A DNA stretch of 64,000 nt from Planctomycetota bacterium (GCA_044225365.1 JBGAIQ010000006.1:1-64000); one strand, 5' to 3'. Positions 45,540 through 55,575 are shown, counted from the stretch's first letter. The notes: generated by a model not told the origin, from the sequence alone. Numbers and translations: made by a program.

Positions 45540-48173
45540 TCATGGAGACGCCGCAGCGGTCGTCGATACCCCGAGCGCGCGCTTCAACGCCTCGCCGAGC
45601 GTCGTCGCCGTCAAGGTTCCTCGCACCGCGTCGTCGATACCGACGGCCTTCCACTTCGCCTGATCGCGCGCGGGCGCGTTGAGCGCGATGATCGGGAGGC
45701 GCGACTTCTCGTGTTCGCCTTCGTGGGCTCGCAACATCCGCGCGAGCTCGAGTCCGTCGATTCCGACGAGCCGCAGATCGACGACCGCGGCATCGAATGA
45801 CTCGGAGGTGAGCGTCTCGAACGCGACTCGGCCATCGACCGCGAGCACGACGTCGAGCCCGAGTTGACGCGCCTGATCGGACAGGAGCCTCTGAGTCGGC
45901 GGGTAGCTCTCGGCGATGAGCACGCGCTTGCCGGCGAGTGCAACCTCGACCGGGACCTGCTTGGATTCGGGGCCGGGTTCGCGTTCGACGCGTTCCTCGG
46001 ACTCGCTCCCGAAGATCGCCTCGCGCAGCGCGCGCGAGGTCACCGGACGAGCGACGACGGTGACTCGGGCGTTGTTGTTCTGCTTCGTGTATGCGAGCGC
46101 CTCGGAGACCGTCGCGACGACGACGAGCGGCACGTTCGTTCCTTCGAGCGCACGAGTCGTCTTCTGGACGAAGTCCGCGAACGATCCCGACGCGCTCTTG
46201 CGATACTCCGCGATCACGATCGTTCTCGATCGCGCCGCGCGCTCGGCGGTCGCCTTGCGCATCCCCGATTCATCGACGCATTCCTGGACCTCGCAGCCGA
46301 TCGATCGCACCTGCGCGGCGAGCGCGGCGCGCGTCAACGCTTGCTCCACGCGCAGGACGACGAAGACGCCGAGGCTCCGTTCGTCGAGCACTTTCGTCGC
46401 GTCGATCACGAAGAGCGGGATCGTGAGAGTGAACGCGCTTCCCTTGCCCACTTCGCTCTGCACCTCGAGGGTGCCGCCGAGCATCTTCGCGAGGTGCCGG
46501 CAGATCGCGAGCCCGAGGCCCGTGCCTCCGTGGACGCGCGCATCGCTCGCGCTCGCCTGCTCGTACTCCTCGAAGATGGCTCGGATCCGATCGGGCGGTA
46601 CGCCGGCGCCGGTGTCGCGCACGGTGAAGTAGAAGCTCGTCGCGTGGTGTGAGTCGCGCGTGGTTCCCACTTCGATCGCGATCTCGCCGCGCTCGGTGTA
46701 CTTCACCGCGTTACCGACGAGATTGATGAGGATCTGGCGCACTCGACCTGGATCGCCCCTAACGAGATCGGGGCAACTCTCCGGGATGATCTGCCCGATC
46801 TCGATTCCCTTGCTCTGGGCTTGGGTCGCAAAGAGCGCGACGACGCTTTCGACGAGCGGGCGGAGTTCGAACTCGATCTGCTCGAGCACCAACTTCCCCT
46901 GCTCGATCTTCGACAAGTCGAGGACATCGTTGAGGACTTCGATCAACGATCGCGCCGTGCTCTGGATCGTCCCCACGAATTCCCGTTGTTGATCGTCGAG
47001 CCGGGTGTCCGCAAGCAGGTCCACCATGCCGACGACGCCCGCGAGCGGCGATCGGATCTCATGGCTCGCTTGAGCGAGCATGCGCATTCGTTTCTTCGCT
47101 GTGTCCTCGCTCTCGCGACAGACACGGGCGAGTTCGACCTCCGACGAGCGTCGGCGCGCCACCTCCTCTCGCATCTCTGCTTCCTGCGCGAACGAGTCGC
47201 GCACGAGCCGAGCGAGCTCGCCGAACTCATGATGACTCGCGAGGAGTGGCTCGAGCGGCTCGCGCGCACGCACACGCAGCGCGTTGATGACGGCGGTGAG
47301 CGGCCGATCGAAGAACCAGTAGAGTCCCAACGCGAGCGCCACGAGCGCGACGAGAACGCAGGAGAAGAGAGCGACGACCGCGCGACTCGTGGCTCGAGCG
47401 GAGATCTCCATCGCAGGCTGCGATTTCTCGATCTCGAGGACCCCGACCGTTCCGCCGTCGGCGCCAAGGAGCGGGCGCACGAGCGACAAAGCCGTCGGGC
47501 GAGTCGCATCGCCGGCCGCCTCGATCTCGGCAATCCGCTTCCGATACTCGAGAGGGTCGAGAACGACTGCGTTCGATTCAGTCAGCGTACCGATCGACGC
47601 GACGACGGTCGGATCCCACCGCTTCAAACCGAAGAAATACCCGAACTCCTTGCCGGTCCTCTCGGCATCCGCGCTGCGATGGATCGTCGCTCCAAACACT
47701 TCGACGCACATCGATCCAGATCGCGCGAAGAAGTGCGCGATCGGACCCGCGGTGAACAGACCGGCGAACCGAGAGGGATTCACGGGCAGTTCGGCGATCC
47801 GATTCTCGATGCTGTCGGGAAAGCCGTAGACCTGCTTCCCGGACATGTCGAACACGAACACACCGTCCACCTTGTAGGTGCTCGCGGCGACGTCGAGATT
47901 CTCGCGAGCCCAGTCTTCACTGGGAGCCGCGACGTAATCCGCCATGTCGTCCCAGAACGTGTAGTCGTTGACGAAGGCCTCGAGCGGTCGCGACCGTAGT
48001 TCGAGGATGCTCGCGACCATGCGTTCGAAGTCGTGGCGCTTCCCTTCGACCAAGGACCTCGCGCGTTCGTGCTCGAAGAGATTCCAACCGAGCACAAGGA
48101 CGGCGAACGCCGCGCCGACCGCGCAAAGCAGGAGGAAGACATTGCGTCGGAGCGAGTGTTGGAGGAGATTCAT
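45540..48173 (-). CDS. Hybrid sensor histidine kinase with CHASE4-like periplasmic domain and atypical receiver domains
   Basis: TM, DYTFWDDM..W..ENL, TM; SHEIRSPL, DLSKIEQG, NLVGNAVKYT, GGTGLGLAI; two degenerate REC domains. Confidence 0.9.
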   Translation of the reverse strand: MNLLQHSLRRNVFLLLCAVGAAFAVLVLGWNLFEHERARSLVEGKRHDFERMVASILELRSRPLEAFVNDYTFWDDMADYVAAPSEDWARENLDVAASTYKVDGVFVFDMSGKQVYGFPDSIENRIAELPVNPSRFAGLFTAGPIAHFFARSGSMCVEVFGATIHRSADAERTGKEFGYFFGLKRWDPTVVASIGTLTESNAVVLDPLEYRKRIAEIEAAGDATRPTALSLVRPLLGADGGTVGVLEIEKSQPAMEISARATSRAVVALFSCVLVALVALALGLYWFFDRPLTAVINALRVRAREPLEPLLASHHEFGELARLVRDSFAQEAEMREEVARRRSSEVELARVCRESEDTAKKRMRMLAQASHEIRSPLAGVVGMVDLLADTRLDDQQREFVGTIQSTARSLIEVLNDVLDLSKIEQGKLVLEQIEFELRPLVESVVALFATQAQSKGIEIGQIIPESCPDLVRGDPGRVRQILINLVGNAVKYTERGEIAIEVGTTRDSHHATSFYFTVRDTGAGVPPDRIRAIFEEYEQASASDARVHGGTGLGLAICRHLAKMLGGTLEVQSEVGKGSAFTLTIPLFVIDATKVLDERSLGVFVVLRVEQALTRAALAAQVRSIGCEVQECVDESGMRKATAERAARSRTIVIAEYRKSASGSFADFVQKTTRALEGTNVPLVVVATVSEALAYTKQNNNARVTVVARPVTSRALREAIFGSESEERVEREPGPESKQVPVEVALAGKRVLIAESYPPTQRLLSDQARQLGLDVVLAVDGRVAFETLTSESFDAAVVDLRLVGIDGLELARMLRAHEGEHEKSRLPIIALNAPARDQAKWKAVGIDDAVRGTLTATTLGEALKRALGVSTTAAASP

Positions 48174-48599
48174 GGAGGGCGCTTCGAGCGATCGATCGCT
48201 CCACCCTCCCGAAGGATGGAGTGTGATTTCGGCTGCCTCTTACTTCGGCCCCATACCGGCTCTCGCTTGAGCGCGATCGGTTGGTGTGCGAAGCGAACGT
48301 GCGCGCGCTTCGTCACGAGTTCGAAGCGTGAACTTTCAACGACCCGAATTCCGGTGTCGCAAACACGAAACATGGTTCGCGCCGCGGGAATTCGCTCCCA
48401 ATCGCGCGCGGTCGACTCGACTCGCCGTGTTCGAGGATGCTTCCAAAAGGCCGTGAGAAAGCGAGTTCGACGTGTGTCGCGAGCACGATGTCGAGGACGC
48501 GAAACGTCTCTTTCGACCACTCCGTCGCTGCGTTCGGAATGGCGATTGGCGCAATACGAGAGATCACGATGTTGGTTTCGACATCTTGGAATATTTCCG

Positions 48600-48628
48600 T
48601 TGCGGGCCCTTTTGGGCTGCGGCATACT
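48600..48628 (+). promoter_or_regulatory. Sigma70-like promoter for the candidate sRNA
   Basis: TTGCGG (48600-48605), 17 bp spacer, CATACT (48623-48628); AT-richer stretch upstream; no credible CDS downstream on +. Confidence 0.5.
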
Positions 48629-48635
48629 CCCGCCC

Positions 48636-48819
48636 GGACTCGGGGGGTTTCCACCCCGGAGTAAAGCTCGATCCCCCTTCTTCCCTATTTCCCTATTTCC
48701 CTTTTTCCCTACTTCCTTTTTTCGAGTTTCCCCCCGGTCCAACCTTTCCAGCTCCTCGCGAGCTGCAACGATGACGCCCCGCGCCGGAACCTTCCGACGC
48801 GGGGCGTTCTCGTTGCAGC
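48636..48819 (+). ncRNA. Candidate structured small RNA with CU-rich repeat loop
   Basis: 48636-48647 pairs with 48730-48740; inner stem AAGCTCGA/TCGAGTTT closes five 8-nt TTCCCTnn-type units (48681-48720); 3' hairpin 48762-48819. No family recognised. Confidence 0.45.
48762..48819. terminator. Long hairpin downstream of tcdA, possibly bidirectional terminator
   Basis: GCTGCAACGA/TCGTTGCAGC outer arm and ACGCCCCGCG/CGCGGGGCGT inner arm; weak U-tract. Confidence 0.6.
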
Positions 48820-48831
48820 AAGCCGTGGAGA

Positions 48832-49737
48832 TCAGGATCGCGAACGGCTCGGTAAGTCGAAGCGATCGGGATGCCTTGCGAGGTGCTTCACCGCGACCGC
48901 TGCGGCGGTGAGACCAAAGGCCCCGGTCACGAACGATGCCGAACCATCGATGCGCGCGCGGCGCTCGCAGGTCAGGAATTCGTTCTCGCCCTGGGGGCAA
49001 ACGCATCGAAAGCCCATGTCGCGGTCATAGGTGAGTTCGTGCGGGGGCTGGGCGTTCTCCTCGGAGAACACGGCGGCGATCCCCCACGCACCCTTTCCGC
49101 AGTCGGGGAAGTCGTACTTCTGGCGCAGGATCTTGCGGACGTGGAACGCCATCGCGTCGGTATGGGTTTGCGCGAGATCGACGACGCGAATTCGCGTGGG
49201 ATCCCACCGCGCCGCGGCCCCCATCGAGGTCACGAGGGGAATGCCGCGCGAGCGACACTGTGCGATCAAGTGGCACTTCGCGGTGAGATGGTCGGTGGCG
49301 TCGATCACGATGTCGATGTCGGACGTGAGGAGCTGATCGGCCGTACTCGCTTCGTAGGGCATCTTGCGTTCGACGATCTGCGCCCGTGGATGGATGAGCG
49401 CGAGTCGCTCCGCCATGACTTCCACCTTGCTCCGGCCGACGTTTCCGCGCAGCGCGTGGAGCTGGCGATTCATGTTGGTGACGCAGACGTCGTCGAAGTC
49501 GACGAGCACGATGCGACCGACCCCGCTGCGCGCGAGGGACTCCGCCGCGAAGCTGCCGACACCGCCGAGCCCCATGACCGCGACGGTACCTCGTTGGACG
49601 CGATCCATCGCCGCGTCGCCGACGAGCCGGGCCATTCGATCGAACTGGCGCAGGAGGCGATATTCCTCCGTGATCGGCGCCGCGACGGGTGCAGAACCGC
49701 AGTCATGGGAACAAGTCGAGTCGTGTTCTGCATTCAT
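48832..49737 (-). CDS. tcdA: tRNA threonylcarbamoyladenosine dehydratase (ThiF/E1-like)
   Basis: GLGGVGSFAAESLARSGVG, DFDDVCVTNMNRQLHA, IDATD..AK, SMGAA..DPT, VFSEE, FVTGAFG. Confidence 0.9.
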   Translation of the reverse strand: MNAEHDSTCSHDCGSAPVAAPITEEYRLLRQFDRMARLVGDAAMDRVQRGTVAVMGLGGVGSFAAESLARSGVGRIVLVDFDDVCVTNMNRQLHALRGNVGRSKVEVMAERLALIHPRAQIVERKMPYEASTADQLLTSDIDIVIDATDHLTAKCHLIAQCRSRGIPLVTSMGAAARWDPTRIRVVDLAQTHTDAMAFHVRKILRQKYDFPDCGKGAWGIAAVFSEENAQPPHELTYDRDMGFRCVCPQGENEFLTCERRARIDGSASFVTGAFGLTAAAVAVKHLARHPDRFDLPSRSRS

Positions 49738-49753
49738 CTCGAAGCCACGTTCT

Positions 49754-50560
49754 TCAGAAGGTCCATTCGGCATCGTCTCGAGCGAACAACGAACGCGCGT
49801 TGTTCGAGGTGGCGAGCAAGATCGCGTCCAGATCCACTCCACGAATCTTCGCCAGCGCGGACGCGACGTCAAGCAGCGCAGCGGGTTCGTTTCGCACTTT
49901 CGAGCCCCGCGGCGACAAGTCGGGCGAATCGGTTTCGATGAGCAGACGATCGATCGGCACGGCCGCTGCTGCGCGATGCGCCCGTTCCGACGTCGGTCGA
50001 CATACGCTGCCCGAGAAGCTGATGAAGAAGCCGAGTGCCACGTACTCGGCCGCCAGCTCCGCGCTTCCCGAGTACGAGTGGACCACTCCGGCGCGGGCCG
50101 GAGGTCGGTCCGCCCGCAACGTCTCGAGCACGCGCAGATGCGTGCCGCGACCGAGCACGTGGAGGATGAGCGGGACGTCGATCGTACGCGCGAGCGCGAG
50201 TTGCTCGCGGAATACGACCTGCTGCCGATCGATCGAATCGCGCGGAACGAAGTGCGCGTCGAGACCGGTTTCGCCGAGCGCGCTCGCCCTGCCTTCGCCC
50301 GCGAAGCACTCAGCGAGCGAGTCGAGCGCCTCGCGCACCTCGATCGAGGGGAGGGTGGCGGCCCGCATCGGATGCAGACCCGCCGACCACAGTACGCCGC
50401 TCTCTCGCCCCGCCAGCTCGCGCTGCTTCGTCCAGGTCGCAGGATCGACTCCCGCGAGCACGAACCCGGTGACGCCGGCCTCGCGCGCCCTCGCGAACAC
50501 CTCCGAGCGATCCGGGTCGAACGCGTCGTCGTCGAGATGGCAGTGCGAGTCGACGTACAT
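49754..50560 (-). CDS. tatD: TatD-family metal-dependent nuclease
   Basis: DSHCHL, GLHP, LGETGLD, ILH, VVHSYSGS, LLIETDSPD, NEP. Confidence 0.92.
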   Translation of the reverse strand: MYVDSHCHLDDDAFDPDRSEVFARAREAGVTGFVLAGVDPATWTKQRELAGRESGVLWSAGLHPMRAATLPSIEVREALDSLAECFAGEGRASALGETGLDAHFVPRDSIDRQQVVFREQLALARTIDVPLILHVLGRGTHLRVLETLRADRPPARAGVVHSYSGSAELAAEYVALGFFISFSGSVCRPTSERAHRAAAAVPIDRLLIETDSPDLSPRGSKVRNEPAALLDVASALAKIRGVDLDAILLATSNNARSLFARDDAEWTF

Positions 50561-50589
50561 GACTCAGGCGATCCGCCGAACGGAGGATC

Positions 50590-52038
50590 TCACGCGAACA
50601 GCTCGTGCCGCACGCGGGCTTCGTCGGTCGGACCAATGAGCCGCTGATCGAGACCCTGACTCGGGTAGCTGAGGTGGAAGGGATCGAGACCGAGGAGATG
50701 CAGGATCGTCGCCTGCAGGTCGCGCACGGACACCGGATTCTCGATCACGTTGTATCCGAGCTCATCGGTCGCGCCGAAGACGAGACCTTCGTGGATCGAA
50801 GCGCCCGCGAACCACATCGAGAAGCAACCGGGATGATGATCGCGGCCGAGGAACGTGGAGCCGTCGCGAGCCTCGACGAACGAAGTGCGACCGAACTCGC
50901 CCCCGCACACGACGAGCGTCTCGTCGAGCAGACCGCGCCGCTCGAGGTCGAGGACCAGGGCCGCAAGCGGTTGATCGACCTGTTTCAGCTTGGACGGGAA
51001 TTGCGTCATCAGGTCATCGCCCGGGCCCGTTCCGTGGATGTCCCAGCCCCAGTCGAACAGTTGAATGAACCGTACGCCCGACTCGACGAGCCGCCGCGCG
51101 AGCAGACAGTTGTTGGCGAACGACGCTTCGCCGGGAACGGCGCCGTACTCGGCGAGGACTTCCTTCGGTTCGTGCGCGATGTCCATCAGGGTCGGCACTG
51201 CGACCTGCATGCGGTAGGCCAGCTCGTACTGCTCGATGCGGGCAAGCGTCTCCGGATCGTTCTCTCGTTGATGCTCGACGGCATTCAGCTTCGCGAGGGC
51301 ATCGAGACTGCGGCGCCGCACTCCGCGGTCCATTCCCTTCGGATCCGACACGTAGAGGACGGGATCGCCGTGGCCGCGAAGCTGCGTGCCTTGGAAATTC
51401 GATGGAAGGTACGACGAGCTCCACAGCGCCTTGCCGCCGGTCGGATCGCTGTCGCCCGAGATCATCACGATGTAGCCCGGGAGGTCGCGATTCGACGAAC
51501 CGAGGCCCCACGTGACCCACGATCCCAACGACGCTCCGCCGAAGACGGGTGATCCGGTGAACAGCATCAGCTCCGCGGGAGCGTGGTTGAACTGGTCCGT
51601 CGTCATCGAACGGACGAGCGTCACCTTGTCGATGATCTTCCGGAAGTTCGGAGCGAGCGTCGTGACGAGCGCGCCGTTCCTGCCCACTCGCTCGAATGGA
51701 TGCGGCGAGCCGAGCAGGTTCGGATGCCCTTTGGTGAAGGCGATGCGCCTGCCCTCGATGAACTCCTTCGGGCACTTGGTACCGGAGAGTCGTTGTAGCG
51801 TCGGCTTGCAGTCGAAGAGATCGAGCTGCGGCGGCGCACCGGAGAGGTGGACGTAGATCACGCTCTTCGCTCGCGCCTTGCCCGTCGTGGCCTTGCTCCC
51901 GACGCCCTTCGCCTCGGCGCGCGCGGACTCGGGCAACAGCGAAGCGAGCGCGATGGCGCCGAAACCGAGCCCTCCCTGCTGCAAGAACAGTCGCCTCGAA
52001 AGCAGTCGCGCCGCGTCGTTTCGATTCGAACCATCCAT
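50590..52038 (-). CDS. DUF1501 family protein (Tat-exported)
   Basis: SRRLFL twin-Arg signal; AKSVIY..GAPPQLDLFD.KP, FNH, YELAYRMQ, CLLARRLVESGVRF, WDIHG, GEFGRT, GRDHH. Confidence 0.92.
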   Translation of the reverse strand: MDGSNRNDAARLLSRRLFLQQGGLGFGAIALASLLPESARAEAKGVGSKATTGKARAKSVIYVHLSGAPPQLDLFDCKPTLQRLSGTKCPKEFIEGRRIAFTKGHPNLLGSPHPFERVGRNGALVTTLAPNFRKIIDKVTLVRSMTTDQFNHAPAELMLFTGSPVFGGASLGSWVTWGLGSSNRDLPGYIVMISGDSDPTGGKALWSSSYLPSNFQGTQLRGHGDPVLYVSDPKGMDRGVRRRSLDALAKLNAVEHQRENDPETLARIEQYELAYRMQVAVPTLMDIAHEPKEVLAEYGAVPGEASFANNCLLARRLVESGVRFIQLFDWGWDIHGTGPGDDLMTQFPSKLKQVDQPLAALVLDLERRGLLDETLVVCGGEFGRTSFVEARDGSTFLGRDHHPGCFSMWFAGASIHEGLVFGATDELGYNVIENPVSVRDLQATILHLLGLDPFHLSYPSQGLDQRLIGPTDEARVRHELFA

Positions 52039-52041
52039 CGT

Positions 52042-55000
52042 TCAGTCCTTGGTGAGGAACGCGTCCTGATTCAGGAGCACGTTCGCGACGACGGTATACG
52101 CGGCGGCCTCGATCGGATCGATGCGATCGGGCAACGGCCCGAGCGGGTCCGTCGCGAGCGCAAGCGCACTCGACACGTCCTTGCCGAAGTGATCGAGTTC
52201 GCTCGCATGGAGCGCGACGAGGGCGGCGACCGCCTCGGGCTCGGGCGGCGCGAGGAGCGTGAGGCGCAGACCGTAGGCGACGCGCTCTTCAACGGTGTTT
52301 CCACCTTCGCGGATGAGTCGGCGCGCGAGCGCCTGCGCGCACTCGACGTACGCCGGATCGTTCAGCGTCACGAACGCCTGCAGCGGCGTGTTGGTGCGCA
52401 CGCGTCGAATGGCGCACGTCTCGCGGCTCGGGCTGTCGAACGTCGACATCGACGGGTACGGCATCGTTCGTCGCCACACGGTGTAGAGGCCGCGTCGCCA
52501 GCGATCCTCGCCCTCGCTCGTCGCGTAGCTGCGTTCGCCGTTGAACGCCGCGCGCCACAATCCCTCGGGCTGCGGCGGATACACGGGCGGACCGTACATC
52601 TTGGGAGAGAGCAAGCCCGCGACGAACAATGCCTGATCGCGCACCATCTCCGACTCGAGTCGGAAGCGCGGTCCACGTTCGAGCAGCCGATCGTTCGGAT
52701 CGACGCGCAATTGCTCGTCGGTCGCGCTCGACCGCTGGCGATATGCGTACGACATCACGAGTTCCTTGACGAGCCACTTGATGTCGTAGTGATGAGCGAC
52801 GAAATCGACGGCGAGCGCGTCGAGCAGCGCCGGATTCGTGGGCGGCGAGCCCTGCAGGCCGAAGTCCTCTTCGGTGAACACGATTCCGGCGCCGAACAAC
52901 ATCGCGTAGATGCGGTTCACGAACACTCGCGCGGTGAGTGGGTTCTTCGGATCGACGATCCACGCGGCGAGTCCGAGGCGGTTCTTCGGCGCGTCCTTGG
53001 GGAAACCGTGGAAGGCCGAAGGCACGTCCGCGTGGACCTCCTGCATGGGATCGAGGAAGTTGCCCTTGGCGAGCACATGGGAAACGCGACGCGCGTTGCT
53101 TGGCAACTCACGCTGGATCGGCGTCATCACTCCCGTGAGCGGTGCGAGCCTCGATCGCAACTGCGTGATCTCGGACCGCAGGCGCACGACTTCGGGATCG
53201 CTCGCGGCGAAGTGCAGGACGAGCGCAGCGTTCTCCTCGCGCGAACGCGACGCACTCGGCTTGCGCAGGATCTCGGCGATCCGCGGCGATACGAGCGGAT
53301 GCGGTACGACGGTCTCGCTGCCGAGCAGGCGGAAATGGCCGAGCACGTGGTAGCCGCCGAAGTTCTGCGTCAGCACCACTTCGAATGGGCCGTCGAGCGG
53401 TCGCTCGAGTTCGAATACGGCGACGTGCGACTCGCCCTGGCGCGGCGAGATCGCCCAACCGCGGTTCTCCGAGAGGTCGTGATCGATCGCGCTTGCGATC
53501 CCGAATTCCTGCTGCTCGAAGTCCGTCGATGCGCGCACGATCTTCACTGTCTCATAGGGTCGCGTCGTGTCGATCGAGACCTCGGGCAACGGCGGCGTGG
53601 CGATCGTCTGCTCGAACTTCACGGTTCGTGATTCGTCGAGGATCTTCACGACAGCGCCGCGCAGACGCTCGGGCAAACCGCCGCCCATCCGGTTGAAGAT
53701 CACGACGCGATCGATGGCGACGCTCTTCTTCAGATCGATCTCGAACCACGGATCCTTGCCCTGCCGCGTGTGGGTGACCGAGTCCTTCTCGTAGGCGCCG
53801 TCGCGATTGCCATCGATCGCGCGCGACGCGTCACCGCCGAAGTCTGTCGACGACTGGCGCGCCGATCCTCGTCGCGCAACGTTCTCGCCTCCCGCGATCA
53901 CCTCCACTTCCGCGAGCGACAGGATTCGGTCCGCGCCCGGCAACTCGATGCGCACGTAGCGACCGCTCGGGATCGGCATCTTCGCGCGAAGTGCGCGGAC
54001 TTCGATCTCGTTCAGGACGAAGTTGCCGTTGCCGCCGCGGCTGCCCGGCCCACCGCTCGGCAGCGACGGATGCGTGAGCGCCTCGAGCGCGAGCGAGCGC
54101 ATTGCCGGGTGAGGAGCCTGGAACCGCAAAGCCATGGTCTCTCGCACGGGAAGATCGCCGTCCTGCAAGATCGAGTCGTCCGGCTGGACGGTGTACCGCG
54201 AGATGCTCGTGATCGAGTAGTTCTCGGGGTGCTGCGGAACGAACGACTTCACGAGTCGCTGATCCTCCTCCGCGAGCGCGGCGAACGTATCGCCGAGCGC
54301 CGCACCGCGGGCGGCTACGGCTTCTTCGTGCTCGGCGATCGCTCGTTCGATGCGCGCGGCTTCGGCTTCGTCCTGTCGCGACGGCGTCGCGATGCGCGGC
54401 TCTTCGTCGCTGCGGTCGGCGTCCTCCGTCTGATTGAAGAAGTCGAACAGCGAGTAGTACTCCTGTTGCGTGATGGGATCGAACTTGTGCGAGTGGCACT
54501 GTGCGCAACCGAACGTGAGGCCCATGAAGACCTGCATCGTGACGTTCGTCCGGTCCTTCACGGCGGCGACGCGGAACTCCTCGTTGTCCGTGCCGCCCTC
54601 GGTGTTGGTGAGCGTGTTGCGGTGGAACGCCGTCGCGAGGATCTGATTGCGGGTCGGATGGTCGAGCAGATCGCCCGCGAGTTGCTCCGTCACGAAGCGG
54701 TCGTAGGGAAGGTCGTCGTTGAACGCGTCGATCACGTAGTCGCGATAACGCCAGATCGTGCGCAACGGATCCGAGCCGTAGCCGGCGGAATCGGCGTAGC
54801 GCGCGAGATCGAGCCAGATGCGCGCCATGCGCTCGCCGTAGTGCGGACTCGCGAGGAGTGAGTCGACGAGCTTCTCGTACGCCGCGTCGGAGGGATCGGC
54901 GGCGAACGAGGAGGCCAGGTCGAGACTCGGCGGTAGCCCGGTGATGTCGAAGCTCACGCGGCGAGCGAGCGTGTACGGATCCGCGGGCGGGGAGGGCGCG

Positions 55001-55533
55001 AGGCCCTTCTCGTCGAGCAATTCGAAGACGTAGCGATCGGCGTCGACACGAACGAGGGGATCGAAGCGCGTGCTGCGGGCCGTCGATTTCACCGGCGGGA
55101 CGAACGCCCAGTGCTTCTCGTACTTGCCACCCTGCGCGATCCAACGCTCGAGTTTCTTCACGTCCTCGGCGGCGAGACGATGGCCGACTTCGGGCGGCGG
55201 CATGCGTCGTCCTTCATCGTCGTTCGTGATGCGGCGGATCACCTCGCTGCGGGCGGGGTCAAAGGGCTTGATGGCGAATCGACCGTGACGATCGGCGTGG
55301 GCCTGCTCTTCGACGTCGAGGCGAAGGTCCTTCTCGCGATGCTCGGCATCGGGGCCATGGCACGCGAAGCAGTTCTTCGCGAGGAGCGGCCGGATCTCGC
55401 GGTTGAAATCGACGTGAGCCGCGAGGTCCTCTCGCGCGAGGAGAGGACCTCCGCCGAGACATGCCACCACGAGATAGAAGTGCCCTGCGAATCGTCGGCG
55501 TGGGTTCAAGCGGTACCTCGGCATACCTCGCAT
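52042..55533 (-). CDS. Planctomycete cytochrome c / DUF1549 / DUF1553 (PSD1) protein with inserted F5/8 type C (fucolectin-like) module
   Basis: CFACHGPD, MPP, YGERMARIWLDLARYADS, CAQCHSHKFDPI, NPLTARVFVNR, RTNTPLQA; insert RYVRIEL..LSLAEVEV..ARQSST..AIDG..PWFEIDL. Confidence 0.92.
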   Translation of the reverse strand: MRGMPRYRLNPRRRFAGHFYLVVACLGGGPLLAREDLAAHVDFNREIRPLLAKNCFACHGPDAEHREKDLRLDVEEQAHADRHGRFAIKPFDPARSEVIRRITNDDEGRRMPPPEVGHRLAAEDVKKLERWIAQGGKYEKHWAFVPPVKSTARSTRFDPLVRVDADRYVFELLDEKGLAPSPPADPYTLARRVSFDITGLPPSLDLASSFAADPSDAAYEKLVDSLLASPHYGERMARIWLDLARYADSAGYGSDPLRTIWRYRDYVIDAFNDDLPYDRFVTEQLAGDLLDHPTRNQILATAFHRNTLTNTEGGTDNEEFRVAAVKDRTNVTMQVFMGLTFGCAQCHSHKFDPITQQEYYSLFDFFNQTEDADRSDEEPRIATPSRQDEAEAARIERAIAEHEEAVAARGAALGDTFAALAEEDQRLVKSFVPQHPENYSITSISRYTVQPDDSILQDGDLPVRETMALRFQAPHPAMRSLALEALTHPSLPSGGPGSRGGNGNFVLNEIEVRALRAKMPIPSGRYVRIELPGADRILSLAEVEVIAGGENVARRGSARQSSTDFGGDASRAIDGNRDGAYEKDSVTHTRQGKDPWFEIDLKKSVAIDRVVIFNRMGGGLPERLRGAVVKILDESRTVKFEQTIATPPLPEVSIDTTRPYETVKIVRASTDFEQQEFGIASAIDHDLSENRGWAISPRQGESHVAVFELERPLDGPFEVVLTQNFGGYHVLGHFRLLGSETVVPHPLVSPRIAEILRKPSASRSREENAALVLHFAASDPEVVRLRSEITQLRSRLAPLTGVMTPIQRELPSNARRVSHVLAKGNFLDPMQEVHADVPSAFHGFPKDAPKNRLGLAAWIVDPKNPLTARVFVNRIYAMLFGAGIVFTEEDFGLQGSPPTNPALLDALAVDFVAHHYDIKWLVKELVMSYAYRQRSSATDEQLRVDPNDRLLERGPRFRLESEMVRDQALFVAGLLSPKMYGPPVYPPQPEGLWRAAFNGERSYATSEGEDRWRRGLYTVWRRTMPYPSMSTFDSPSRETCAIRRVRTNTPLQAFVTLNDPAYVECAQALARRLIREGGNTVEERVAYGLRLTLLAPPEPEAVAALVALHASELDHFGKDVSSALALATDPLGPLPDRIDPIEAAAYTVVANVLLNQDAFLTKD

Positions 55534-55575
55534 TGGGACGCCGCCAGTGTACCAGTCCCACTTCCCCCCGTGGGA

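Noticed and set aside
48174-48600. Replication origin
   Set aside because: No DnaA-box (TTATCCACA-like) cluster or clear AT-rich unwinding element seen; no dnaA/dnaN nearby.
48170-49006. 278-aa minus-strand ORF and 292-aa plus-strand ORF over the intergenic gap
   Set aside because: Arg-rich or low-complexity translations with no motifs, overlapping real genes; treated as non-coding.
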